Origin: an uncultured Actinomycetota bacterium
GTDB lineage: Bacteria; Actinomycetota; Actinomycetes; Streptosporangiales; Streptosporangiaceae
Direction of reading: 5' to 3'
DNA: 64,000 nucleotides
NCBI GenBank assembly: GCA_963778435.1
Contig: CAVZUX010000018.1
Coordinates: forward strand, 57,250 to 121,249
How positions within the stretch are numbered: position 1 is the stretch's first letter; every line of letters begins with the position of its first letter. The translations under genes and the position numbers were made by a program. Below are positions 10,391 through 20,562 of the stretch, in pieces. Below the pieces are notes generated by a model. It worked only from the letters and a program-made list of their open reading frames with translations. It was not told the DNA's origin and made no database searches.

Positions 10391-10829
10391 ATGGCCCTTC
10401 AGCGGATGGATAACGTCGGCATCGTCGTCGACGACCTGGACGCCGCCATCGCGTTCTTCACCGAGCTCGGCATGGAACTGGAAGGCGAGGCCCAGGTCGA
10501 AGGCCTCTGGGCCGACCGCGCCGTCGGACTCGACGGCGTCCGGAGCGACATCGCGATGATGCGGACCCCTGACGGCCACAGCAAGCTGGAGCTGGCCAAG
10601 TACCACTCCCCCGCGGCGCTCGGCGCGGCATCGAAGAGCCCGCCGCCCAACACGCTTGGCCTGCATCGCGTCATGTTCGCAGTCGACGACATCAACGATA
10701 CCGTCGCGCGCCTGCGCCCACGGCGCGGAACTCCTCGGCGAGGTGGCACAGTACGAGAGCATCTTCCTGCTCTGCTATCTCCGTGGTCCCGCAGGCATCA
10801 TCGTCGCCCTAGCCGAACAGATCGGCTGA
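10391..10829 (+). CDS. VOC/glyoxalase family protein (frameshift at ~10720)
   Basis: RMDNVGIVVDDLDAAIAFFTELG..RTPDGHSKLEL. The C-terminus LCYLRGPAGIIVALAEQIG is in another frame. Confidence 0.85.
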
Positions 10830-10889
10830 TGCGAGCGTTGACTGCGACCCCTGGCGGATTGCGCGCCTATAGCGCCGTCGGAGCGGCCC

Positions 10890-12046
10890 GTGCTTGACCT
10901 GGTCGAGATCCGGCGAGGGCTGCACCGGATTCCAGAGCTCGCCTTCGAGGAGCACAAGACGAGCGAGATGCTTTTCGGCATCATCACCAGTCTCGTCGGC
11001 GGCCGCGACGATATCGAGATCACGCGGCATCGCACCGGGATCATCGTGCACGTCCCGGCAACCGCCGGCGCGGACGCCGCCCGTCCCGCCGCAGGGCCGG
11101 CGGCAAGACGATCGGGTGGCGGGCGGACATGGACGGCCTTCCCATCACCGAGGAGACCGGGCTGCCGTTCGGCTCCGCGCACCCGGGCATCATGCACGCC
11201 TGCGGCCACGACGTGCATATGACCTGCGGCCTGGGAATTCTTGAGCGGATCCTCGCCAGGCCGCAGCGTAATTCGTTCGTCTTCCTTTTCCAGCCTGCCG
11301 AGGAGAACATCAGCGGCGCCCAGCAGATCTGCGACGCGGGGCTCCTGGACAAGTACCGGATCAGCGAGTTCTACGCGCTGCACGTGTCACCGGAGTCGCA
11401 CGCGGGCGTCATCGCCACCCGGCCCGGCACCCTGCTGGCCGGCAGCAGCAGCGTGACCGTGGAGTTCACCGGGGTGGCAGGTCATGCGGGCATGCCGCAC
11501 CGGGCCGTCGACCCGATCGTCTCGGTGGCTAGCTTCGTGCTGCAGATCCAGGCGATGATCGCCCGCAACTTCGATCCTGCGGTCGGGGGCGTGGTCCTCA
11601 CCTTCGGCACGATCAGCGGCGGCACCGTGGTCAACGGCGTCGCCGCCTCGGCCAAGGTCATGGGCACGCTGCGGTTCCTCGACTCCGCCCAGCATGACCT
11701 GGCGTTCAAGCGCATCTACGAGATTGCCCAGGGGGTGGCGCTGGCGACCGGCGCGACCGCCGGCGTCCAACTGGAGGACAGCCCCTGGGTGCCCGTCAGC
11801 AACGACCCCGAGATCACCGCCAGGTTCACCGATTACATGCGCAGCCGAGCCGACGTCGCCTTCGAAGACGCACCGGTCACCATGGCGTCGGAGGACTACG
11901 GTTACCTGATCAGTCGCATTCCGGGCATGATGTTCTGGCTCGGCACCGGCCGCGGCCACCCGCTGCACTCCGGAAAGTTCTCCGCCGATGAGCAGGCGAT
12001 CGAGCCGACGGTCAGGCTGATCGGCGACTACCTTGCGCAGCTCTGA
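10890..12046 (+). CDS. M20 amidohydrolase, N-acetyldiaminopimelate deacetylase-like (frameshift at ~11070-11100)
   Basis: RRGLHRIPEL, IGWRADMDGLPI, MHACGHDVH, FQPAEE, SEDYGY, MMFWLG. Confidence 0.82.
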
Positions 12047-12062
12047 GGCCGGCGACGGCGCG

Positions 12063-12111
12063 GTTATCCTCAGGTTTGCCTTGCGAAACCGGTAGCCCCT
12101 CGAAATGGCAG
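12063..12111. repeat. 49-bp direct repeat, copy A
   Basis: GTTATCCTCAGGTTTGCCTTGCGAAACCGGTAGCCCCTCGAAATGGCAG, 47/49 identical to 19868-19916. Confidence 0.9.
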
Positions 12112-12190
12112 CGGATGCATGGCTGCTCGATGCATTCCCGGACAGAGGAGGCCGCCGTCCGCTGCACGGAAACGTAAGTCAGGGTGCGGG

Positions 12191-12619
12191 CTATGACCGC
12201 CTAAGTTCGAGCACAGGAATGGTGCGGAGTCCGGCAGTTTGCCGCGCGTAACCGGCAAAGCCTGGGTAGCGCCGCGCTTGCTCGCCGTAGATGCGGTCGC
12301 GTTCAGCACCGGTCAATTTCCGTACGGCCACCTTGTACGTCTGGGTTCCTCTTTCGATACTGCCGTCGCCGGCGGCGGCCAGGTTGTGGTACCAGTCCGG
12401 GTTGGTGGGTGCTCCGGCCTTGGTCGCGAAGACGTAAATGATGTCCGGCTCGGTGTCGTGCGGGAGGTACATCACCGGGGTGACATACTCCCGCCCGCTC
12501 TTGCGGCCGCGGTGGTGCACCAAGACCATCGGGGCGCCCTCAAAGTTCCCGCCAACCCTGCCCTCGTTCTCCCGGAACTCCGCGATGGTCTTCGTGTTCC
12601 AGTCGAGCGGCTCGCTCAT
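12191..12619 (-). CDS. Deazaflavin (F420)-dependent nitroreductase family protein
   Basis: IAEFRENEGRVGG, GRKSGREYVTP, GAPTNPDWYHNL, RTIPVLEL. Confidence 0.9.
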   Translation of the reverse strand: MSEPLDWNTKTIAEFRENEGRVGGNFEGAPMVLVHHRGRKSGREYVTPVMYLPHDTEPDIIYVFATKAGAPTNPDWYHNLAAAGDGSIERGTQTYKVAVRKLTGAERDRIYGEQARRYPGFAGYARQTAGLRTIPVLELRRS

Positions 12620-12636
12620 GTCGAACTCCTGTCTTG

Positions 12637-13560
12637 CTAGGGCCTGAGGACGATCTTGCCGCGGGTGTGGCGGCGTTCGAGTTCGGTGTAGGCCTCGCGG
12701 ACTTGCCCAAGGGGGTAGACGTGGGCGATCGGCACCTCGAGGTGCCCGTCGGCGATCAGCCCCGCCAGCTCGGCGAGCACCATGGCGCCCGGCCCCGCCG
12801 CTGTCCCCCCGTCGGTCTTCACCCCGTGCTTCTCGGCGGCCTCGAAATCGGCGATAGTGTCGATCCGGTCGACCGCGACGCCGAGGGCGAGGGCGAGCTC
12901 GACGTACCCGCCGCCGTAGGTGTCGATGAAGGCGTCCACGCCGCCGGGCGCGGCGGCTCTGATCCGGCCCGCGACGCCGTCACCGTACGCGACCGGGATC
13001 ACCCCGTGGCCTTTCAGCCACTCGTGGTTGCCCTCGCTCGCCAGGCCGATGACCGTGGCCCCGGTGCGGCGCGCGAGCTGGACGGCGAGCGAGCCGACCC
13101 CCCCGGCGGCTCCGGAGATGACGACAGTCTCGCCCTGCATGGGCTGGACGGCGTGTATCGCCCCCCACGCGGTCACGCCGACGACGTACAGGCCGCCGGC
13201 CACCTCCCACGGCACCTTCTCCGGCTTGCGCGTGAGGTCGCCGGCCTCGACCAGGACCAGCTCGGCCTGGGAGGCCCGCTTCTGTGTGAACCCGATCACC
13301 TCATCGCCGGGCGAGAATCCGCCGACCCCCGCGCCGACCTCCTCGATGACCCCGGCGAGGTCGCTGCCTTGCCCGGAAGGGAACGTCGACGGGAACAGCT
13401 TCGACACCGCCCCGGTGCGGATGACCGTCTCACTTGGGTTGATGCCGGCCGCCTTCACCCGCACGAGGACCTGCTCGCTCCCGGGCACCGGGCGTTGCAC
13501 CACGTCGACCCGCAACACGTCGATCCCGCCGAACTCGTCGTAAGTGACCGCCCTTGGCAT
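12637..13560 (-). CDS. NADP-dependent oxidoreductase (MDR/quinone reductase family)
   Basis: VRVKAAGINP, SGAAGGVGSLAVQLA, HTRGKIVL. Confidence 0.9.
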   Translation of the reverse strand: MPRAVTYDEFGGIDVLRVDVVQRPVPGSEQVLVRVKAAGINPSETVIRTGAVSKLFPSTFPSGQGSDLAGVIEEVGAGVGGFSPGDEVIGFTQKRASQAELVLVEAGDLTRKPEKVPWEVAGGLYVVGVTAWGAIHAVQPMQGETVVISGAAGGVGSLAVQLARRTGATVIGLASEGNHEWLKGHGVIPVAYGDGVAGRIRAAAPGGVDAFIDTYGGGYVELALALGVAVDRIDTIADFEAAEKHGVKTDGGTAAGPGAMVLAELAGLIADGHLEVPIAHVYPLGQVREAYTELERRHTRGKIVLRP

Positions 13561-13608
13561 GCTCTCTCCTTCGACTCGCTGAATCTGGCGGCCGGCCGGG
13601 GATCGGCC

Positions 13609-13692
13609 TTATCGTTCCTGCGCGGACGCCGCGACCGCGGACGCGAAATCCGGCAGCACCCCCAGCTGCGCGAACAACGTGTCCAGGTTCAC
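13609..13692 (-). pseudogene. C-terminal remnant of a SnoaL/NTF2-like gene
   Basis: Orphan peptide LFAQLGVLPDFASAVAASAQER*. The AQLG motif is typical of ester-cyclase C-termini. Confidence 0.4.
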
Positions 13693-13701
13693 CGCTGGAA
13701 G

Positions 13702-13730
13702 GGTTAGACGTCGTCACCCGATTCCGGTGA
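13702..13730 (-). promoter_or_regulatory. Operator-like motif GGTTAGA-N5-TCACCCG-N5-GGTGA
   Basis: Near-identical arrangement at 16508-16536. Related cores at 17057-17073 and 31224-31240. Confidence 0.55.
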
Positions 13731-13819
13731 AATACAGGGAGTTGCGCTAACCGGGTGCATGAAGGAGACGGGCCGCTCGTGCTGGCGCTAGCTCTGGGCC
13801 CTGTTGAATACCACCTGGA

Positions 13820-15468
13820 TCAGCAGCGGGTTGATGATGCCGATCGTGGGAGACCGGGGTCTATCACTGGTGAGCAGCAGAGAAGGCCCACGGGCATCAC
13901 CTTTGCCGCTGGGTGCTTCGCGGGGGGTGCTTCGTGCTGCGACGGAAGGGCGGACGGGGGTCCCTCTGGTTCCGGCTCGGGGATGAGGGCTGAGGCTTCG
14001 CTGGTGAATTCTTCAAGCCGGTTCCGCGAGGGCAGCATGAGGATCGCGAGGATCGCGCCGAGCCCGAGCAGCGCGGCCGAGATCGCGAAGGCCAGGGTGT
14101 AGCCGTGGGTCGCCGCGATCGCTGGTGCCTGCGGGCCTGTGTGGTGGGCGATGAGATAGCTGGTCGTCGTGCTCGCCGCGATGGTGCTGAGGACGGAGAT
14201 GCCGATCGATCCCCCGACCTGTTGCATCGTGTTGACCAGCGCCGAGGCGACGCCGGAGTCCTCGGGCGGGACGCCGGCCGTGGCCGAGTTGACACCCGAC
14301 GCGAAGATCAGGCCGAAGCCGAGGCCCATGACGACCAGGGCGGGCAGCACACCTGCGACGTAACTGGAAGTCACGGTGAGCTGGGCGAGGTAGGCGGTCC
14401 CGCCGGCGCCGAGCAGCATGCCCGCGGTGACCAGGGGGCGGGGCCCGACCTGGGGCAGGGCGCTGTACAAGGTGGAGGCAACCAGGATCCCGGCGACCAG
14501 CGGCAGGAACAGCAGCCCGGTGGTCAGCGGGCTGTATCCCTTGACCTGCTGCATGTAGAAGGTGAGGAACAGGAAGATGCCGAAGAGCGCGATTCCGGTG
14601 ATGCCGACGGCGACGTAGGAGCCGCCCCGGGTGCGGTCAAGTATGACCCGCAGCGGCAGCAGCGGGTGACTGGATCGCCGTTCGGCGACGACGAACGCGG
14701 CGAGCAGGACCGCGCCGAGGACCAGGGAGCCGAGGGTCAGCGGGGCGGTCCAGCTGGCCGTCTCGGCGTGGGAGAAGCCGAAGACGATGAGGAACAGCCC
14801 GGCGCAGGCCAGCACGGCCCCTGGCCAGTCCATCCGCGGCGGGTTGGCCGGGCGGCTGCTGCGGATGTACGCCAGGGCACCCGCCACGGCTATCGCGGCG
14901 AAGATCAAGTTGACGAACAGCGTGTAACGCCAGGACAGGTACTGGGTGAGCGCCCCGCCGAGGATCAAGCCCACGGCGCCGCCGCCGACGGCGACCGAGC
15001 CGAAGACAGCGAACGCCCGGCCCCGCTCACGCGGGTCCCGGAACGTGCTGACCAGGGTACCCAGCGCGGCCGGCGCGAGGACGGCGCCGAAGGCGCCTTG
15101 CAGCGCCCGGGCCACCACGAGCATCACGAACGAGACGGCGGCGCCCCCGATCGCGGAGGCGACGGCGAATCCGACTAGGCCCGTGATGAGGACCCACCTG
15201 CGGCTGTACATGTCGCCGAGCCGGCCTCCACCAGCAGCAGGCTGCCGAAGGCAAGGGCGTAGGCCGTCACCACCCACTGCCGGTCACTGTTGGCGAAGCC
15301 CAGCGCGTGCTGCGCCGAGGGCAGCGCGATGTTGACGATGGTGGAGTCAAGCACCACCATCAGCTGGGCGATAGCCACCACGACCAGGATCATCCAGCGC
15401 CGGTCGCCGGGTGACGTCGGGGGGTCCTGTGTATCCCGGGGACCTGGAGAAGCGACTGGCTGCGCCAT
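13820..15468 (-). CDS. MFS efflux transporter, DHA2 family (frameshift at ~15225)
   Basis: LMVVLDSTIVNIALP, WVVTAYALAFG, GRLGD, ARALQGAFGA, about 14 TM segments. Confidence 0.88.
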
Positions 15469-15478
15469 ATGAACTCCT

Positions 15479-16390
15479 CTATCCGGTGACGCGGTCGGCA
15501 ACGGCGAGCTGCGCTGACAGGAGCTGTCCGGCTCTGTCCAGCGCTGCGGCCGCTTCGTCGAGGATCTGGTGATAGGCCTGGAAAACGTGCGGTACCCCGG
15601 GTGTGATGTCGAGGGTGACCGCGACGTCGGCGGTGGCGGCTCGTTGCGCGAGGCGGAGAGCGTCGTCGAGGAGAACCTCGTGCGTTCCGGCCTGGATGAT
15701 CAGGGGCGGCAGGCCGGACAGGTCGGCGAATATGGGGCTGATCAAGGGCAGGGCGGCGTCCTGCCCAGCCGTGTAATCGGCGACCCTGGCTTGGAGGGCT
15801 TCTCGGCTGAGCAGCGGGTCGGCCTTGCCCTTGGTCTCCAGGGTCGTCCCGGCCAGAGTGAGATCGGCATATGGCGACATGACAAAGGCCGCAGCCGGCT
15901 GTGGCAGCTTGTGATCGCGTGCGTTGACCAGGGTGGCGATCGCCAGTCCGCCGCCGGCGGACTCTCCCGCGAAGACGATGTCCGAAGGGGCGGTGCCGTC
16001 GTCCAGGAGGGCCTCGTAGGCGGCAAGGGCGTCGTCGACCGCAGCCGGATATGGATGCTCGGGAGCGAGCCGGTAATCGACGGAGATGACCTTGGCGCGC
16101 GTCCGTCGGCCGACCTGCGAGGCCAGGTCGGCGGCAAGGAAGGCGTCCCCCATCACATACACGCCACCGTGGAAGTAAAGAACAACGTGCCGAGGTTCGA
16201 CTCCGTCAACGGTGATCTCGGCGGTTGGGACGCCGCCAAGTGCGGCTGCGGTCACGGTCACGTCGCCGGGCAGTGGCTGCGCCGATAGCAACTCCCGGAG
16301 CAGTCGCCGTTGCTCGCTCACGTCGCTGCCGACGGGAAACGCTGACTGCCGCAGGATCGCGTCGAGGGTCTCTCGCTGCTCGGTGCTCAC
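15479..16390 (-). CDS. Alpha/beta hydrolase (HSL family esterase/lactone hydrolase)
   Basis: HGGVY oxyanion motif, DYRLAPEHPYPAA, GESAG nucleophile elbow, PHVFQ. Confidence 0.9.
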   Translation of the reverse strand: MSTEQRETLDAILRQSAFPVGSDVSEQRRLLRELLSAQPLPGDVTVTAAALGGVPTAEITVDGVEPRHVVLYFHGGVYVMGDAFLAADLASQVGRRTRAKVISVDYRLAPEHPYPAAVDDALAAYEALLDDGTAPSDIVFAGESAGGGLAIATLVNARDHKLPQPAAAFVMSPYADLTLAGTTLETKGKADPLLSREALQARVADYTAGQDAALPLISPIFADLSGLPPLIIQAGTHEVLLDDALRLAQRAATADVAVTLDITPGVPHVFQAYHQILDEAAAALDRAGQLLSAQLAVADRVTG

Positions 16391-16507
16391 GGAGGATCTC
16401 CCTTCGGTTTGGCTGGTTTGGCAGCGCTCCAGGCTCGCTCGCCCATATCGATCCGCTGCGAGATTTCCCGCTGAGAAGCGGGCCACCACCAGGCTTGCCG
16501 CGAGGCT

Positions 16508-16536
16508 GGTTAGAAGGCCTCACCCGATCACGGTGA
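16508..16536 (-). promoter_or_regulatory. Operator-like motif GGTTAGA-N5-TCACCCG-N5-GGTGA
   Basis: Second copy, upstream of the hydrolase-MFS operon. Confidence 0.55.
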
Positions 16537-16566
16537 TTCGCACGACGGAAGCGCTCAAGACCGGCG

Positions 16567-17010
16567 GTGACGCTCGCCGAGACCGGGATCGCGGACGCGA
16601 TCAACGATGGCGACCGATGGGAGTCGGCGCGGAACAAGATGTTCGCCCTCGACTTCGCGACCCAAGGGAAGGAAATGAAGGCGATCGGCGGCCAACCGGA
16701 CTACGCCCTTGGCAGCGTGCACGCGGTGACCCGCGACGGCACCCTGGTCATCGCCTCGGCATCAGGCAGCCAGCTCGCCTCCTACGCCTGGGGCGCCGCC
16801 AATGTCATCTTCGTCGTCGGCGCGCAGAAGCTGGTGCCTGGGCTGGCAGCGGCGCGTGAGCGCATCTATCAGCACAGCCTGCAGCTGGAAGATGTCCGCG
16901 CGCAGGCCGCCTACGGGCAGCACAGCCAGGTCGGGAAGGTGCTCGAGATCCACCAGGAACTGCCCGGCCGCATCCACATTGTCCTCATCCGCAAGTCGGT
17001 CGGCTTCTAA
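16567..17010 (+). pseudogene. LUD (lactate utilization) domain protein, 5' truncated
   Basis: DYALGSVHAVTRDGTLVIASASGSQL..VIFVVGAQKLV. Starts mid-domain. Confidence 0.7.
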
Positions 17011-17081
17011 GCCGCGGAGGCAGCCGAATCCGCAGGGCCTGCCAGTGACAACCGCGTCAACAGGATCCGGTGACCACCGGG

Positions 17082-19714
17082 CTAGCGCGCGCGGCCAGCA
17101 GCCAGCAGCCGCAGCTGTCTCGCGCGCTGCACAGCCGAGGACCGATCACGAACATCGAGCTTGGCGTAGATGCTGCGGACGTGCGCGTTGACCGTGTTCG
17201 GCGAGAGGGATAGTTCGCCTGCGATCTCGGGCCGGGACAGGTTCGTCGGAAGGTAACGCAGCACCCTGAGCTCGCCCGGGGTGAGCTCGTCACCCGGCGG
17301 CAATGAGGACTGCTTTGGGGCCGCCGGGGATGAGCCGCGCATGACGTCGAGGATGTCGGCCAGCAGCGCGGTATGCGCTGTCTCATGCCGGGGCAGCGCC
17401 TCGAGCAGTTCCCGAGCGCCTGTCATCGCGAACGGCAGGACCAACCCTTCAGACTCCGCCACAGCCAGTGCACGTTCAGCCGACTGGTTCGCCGAGCGCA
17501 GGTCACCAAGCTCACGTTGGGCGAGCCCAGCCAACAGGTAAGCCTCCACGAGCGTGACGTCGCCGATGACCGGGGCCGTGCCATCGAGCGCGGGCTGCAC
17601 CGCGCTCAGGGCTCCGGCCGGATCTCCTTCCGCGAGGCAGATCACCGCGTGGGCATTACGGATCTCACCGGAGCTGGCCCGCTCCTCCGCGAGCGCCGCG
17701 AGGCGGGAGCGGGCTTCGCCGGGCATCCCAAGCCGGGCCTGCGTGGCCAGCATCCAGCCGCTCACCCGGCTGGCCAGCGCGTGCGAGTCCGCTAGCTGCG
17801 ACCCCAGGTATTCGGCCGCGCTGAACTCCCCAAGCGCTTCACGGTGGCGGCCGCGGCCGGCGCGACATGCCGCCGTGATGTGCACAAGCAGCCTGATATC
17901 GGGTCCGGTGTCTGCGTGCAGGGCCTGGGCGGTTCGTTCCAGCCACCGGTCGCCCTCTTCGAAATCACCCGTCCACACCATCGTGCCGGCCAGCGCTATC
18001 AGCGCTGGCGCGACGATAGACTCCGCGCCCCAGCCGTACCGATCGGCGAGCGCGATCGCCTCGCGGGAGTAGCGCTGGATAGTCGCGAACGACTGGATTT
18101 TCGACGCGAAACAGAGCTGCGCCAGGCAGCTGATCTCGAGGTACGGCCTGCCGATCCCCCGGGCCAGGACGACGCCCTCCCGGAGGTGGCGCTCAGCATC
18201 GGGAAGCCCCGACCACGCCTCGGCGGTCCCCAGATCCATCAGCGCCACCGCCCGCAGGTCGCTGCCAAGCGCGATGTCTTCGCCGGACTGCCCGGTTACC
18301 GGTGAGGCCAGGAATCTGACCTGCTCGACGACGCCGGCCAGGTGGCCGCGCCGCCTGGCCAGCGACAGCTTCAGCGACGCGATCGCCACCCGGAGGCGGT
18401 GCCGGCGATCCGGCGCCGCCGTCTCGGCGTACGTCTCGGCGATCGCCAGGTGGGCGGCCGCCTCGTCCAGGCGCCCCTGGGCGAGGTCACCCATCGCGCG
18501 CACCAGGGCCAGCTCTGGGTGGTCCGCGCCCGGCGGGAAGGCCCGCACCAGCGCCTGCATCGTCTGCGCTTGCCCGTCGAGCGTCAGGCTGAACGAATGG
18601 TCGGACAGCAGCCGGGCCGCGTCAGGCCAGTCGCCCGCCGCTTGCGTGTGCCGGATGGCCTCGGCCACCCGGCCCTGCCGGATGAACCAACGGGCGGCGC
18701 GCCGGTGCAGGTCCGGCGCTTCCGCGGGCAGCGTCCGGCGCAGCTCCAGCCGGAGCAGATCCCCGAACAGGTGGTGATAACGAAACCACGTGCGCTCGGG
18801 GTCGAGCGCATCGACGAACGCGTTCGCCCCCGCGAGTTCCAGCAGGATTCGTTCCGAGCCAGGGCGGCCGGTCAGCACGTCCGCGAGCTCGCCGTTGACA
18901 CGATCGAGCAGGGAGGTGCGGAGGAGCAGATCCTGGACGTCGGCTGGCTGACGCTCCAGCATTTCCGCGATCAGGTACTCCGCCACCATGCGGTTGCTGC
19001 CGGAGAACTCGGCGACGAATCGATCCGGGTCGGGGTGACCGGCCAGTGAGAGCGCCGCGAGCCGCAGTCCCGCGGCCCACCCCTCCGTCCGCTGGTGCAG
19101 CAGCGCCACTCCGGGCTCGGACAGCGCGATCCCCGTGGCATGGAGCAGTTCGCCGGTCTCGCGTTCGGTGAAGCGCAGGTCCGCGGCGCGGATCTCAGCC
19201 AGCTCCCCGGCTAGGCGCAGCTGATGCAGCCGCAGGCCGCAAATCGTGACGCGTGGTCAGGATCGCGTGCACGTACGGGGGGAGGCTCATCAGCAACCGG
19301 GTGAGCTGAACGAGCGCCTCCGGCGAATTCAGCTCGTGGAGATCATCAATAACCAGCGTGATGTCGCCACCAGCACCGGCGAGGTCTGATAGCACCCGGT
19401 CGACCATCGCCTGCGCATTGAAGTCGGGTGTCGCGGCTTGCGGTTCCGCACACGCCGTCGTGGCCGAAGCGTCGACGGACCGCGTCGAGCAGGGCAAGCC
19501 AGAACTGCTGGGCGTCTTGCTGGTCGCGTTGCACCTGCAGCACGGCGAGCCGGCGCCGCTGCCCGGGACGGTCGGCCCAGGCCCGCACCAGCGACGTCTT
19601 CCCGCTGCCAGCCGGAGCCGAGATGACCGTCACCCGGTGCTCCGCCGCGCGATCCAGAACAGCGAGAAGGTCACCCCGGTCGATCAGCCGCGGAGTTGCT
19701 GGAGCCACCCTCAA
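17082..19714 (-). CDS. MalT-like LuxR family transcriptional regulator (frameshifts at ~19200-19500)
   Basis: P-loop SAPAGSGKT, LVIDDLHEL, RTEGWAAGLRL, FRYHHLF, and C-terminal LuxR HTH LTPGELRVLRYL..SPNTVNAHVRSIYAKL. Confidence 0.88.
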
Positions 19715-19867
19715 AGACCTGCCTTGATGTCTATGTCTGACACCCTACTAAACGTCGGTGACGCGGTATCGGCCTGACTACGGCCCGCGGTTTCATCAGA
19801 TCCAGCACGACGCACTCAGACTCTCGCACCGCTCTGGCCTGCGAGAACCGGACTCTACGCGGGCGCA

Positions 19868-19916
19868 GTTATCCTCAGGTTTGCCTTGCGAAACCGGTAG
19901 CGCTTCGAAATGGCAG
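19868..19916. repeat. 49-bp direct repeat, copy B
   Basis: 47/49 identical to 12063-12111. Confidence 0.9.
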
Positions 19917-20399
19917 AACGGTAGTACCACAGGTTGGGCGAAAAACTCTCCTAGGCCGCGGGCACCGCGGGGCGGGCCCGCGCTGCGCGGCGCCAGGAAA
20001 CTCGAGAGGTAACAGGTCTCCTTCCAAGAACTGGGCCCGCCCGAGCCCGAAGGACCAGTCCGCATTGGTGTTGGCCACGACCGACACGATGAGGTCCGAT
20101 GGGCTGACACCGGCGCGAGACTCCAGGGAACTGGCCAGTGCCGCGTAAAGAGCCTTCTTCTGAGCGTCGCTGCGGCCTTGCTGGGTCACCTGGATGATGA
20201 CAACGCGGTCGCTGCGCTCGAGGCCCAGCCCAGTGTCCTCGGCGATCAGCCGCCCGGGCCGGTGTTCATGGATGACCTGGTACCGGTCACGTGCCGGGGC
20301 TGCGAACACCTCCATCATGACGTCCTGGACCGCATCCGCCAGCGCTCGTACTTCCTCGTCGCTTCGTCCCTCGATGACATCTATACGAACCAGTGGCAT
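19875..20399 (-). CDS. Tautomerase family protein (domain ends ~20010; the ORF reads on)
   Basis: N-terminal Met-Pro (catalytic Pro1), RDRYQVIHEH, DWSFGLGRAQF. Confidence 0.82.
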   Translation of the reverse strand: MPLVRIDVIEGRSDEEVRALADAVQDVMMEVFAAPARDRYQVIHEHRPGRLIAEDTGLGLERSDRVVIIQVTQQGRSDAQKKALYAALASSLESRAGVSPSDLIVSVVANTNADWSFGLGRAQFLEGDLLPLEFPGAAQRGPAPRCPRPRRVFRPTCGTTVLPFRSATGFARQT

Positions 20400-20562
20400 G
20401 GTGTGGCGTCCTTTCGCGAGCAAGACATCTTGCACGGAAATGCCGTGCGGGAAGTGACTCGCTCGACGCTGTCACGCAAGTCCTTCAGGTGCTGTGCGGT
20501 CATCCGCAGGCATGCGATGCGCATATAGCCGTCGCCTAGACCTAGATGAGATACCCGGTCCA

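Noticed and set aside
16491..16507. AGGCTTGCCGCGAGGCT read as a rifamycin-associated element (RAE)
   Set aside because: Only a partial match, upstream of an esterase and 15 kb from the RPH-like gene.
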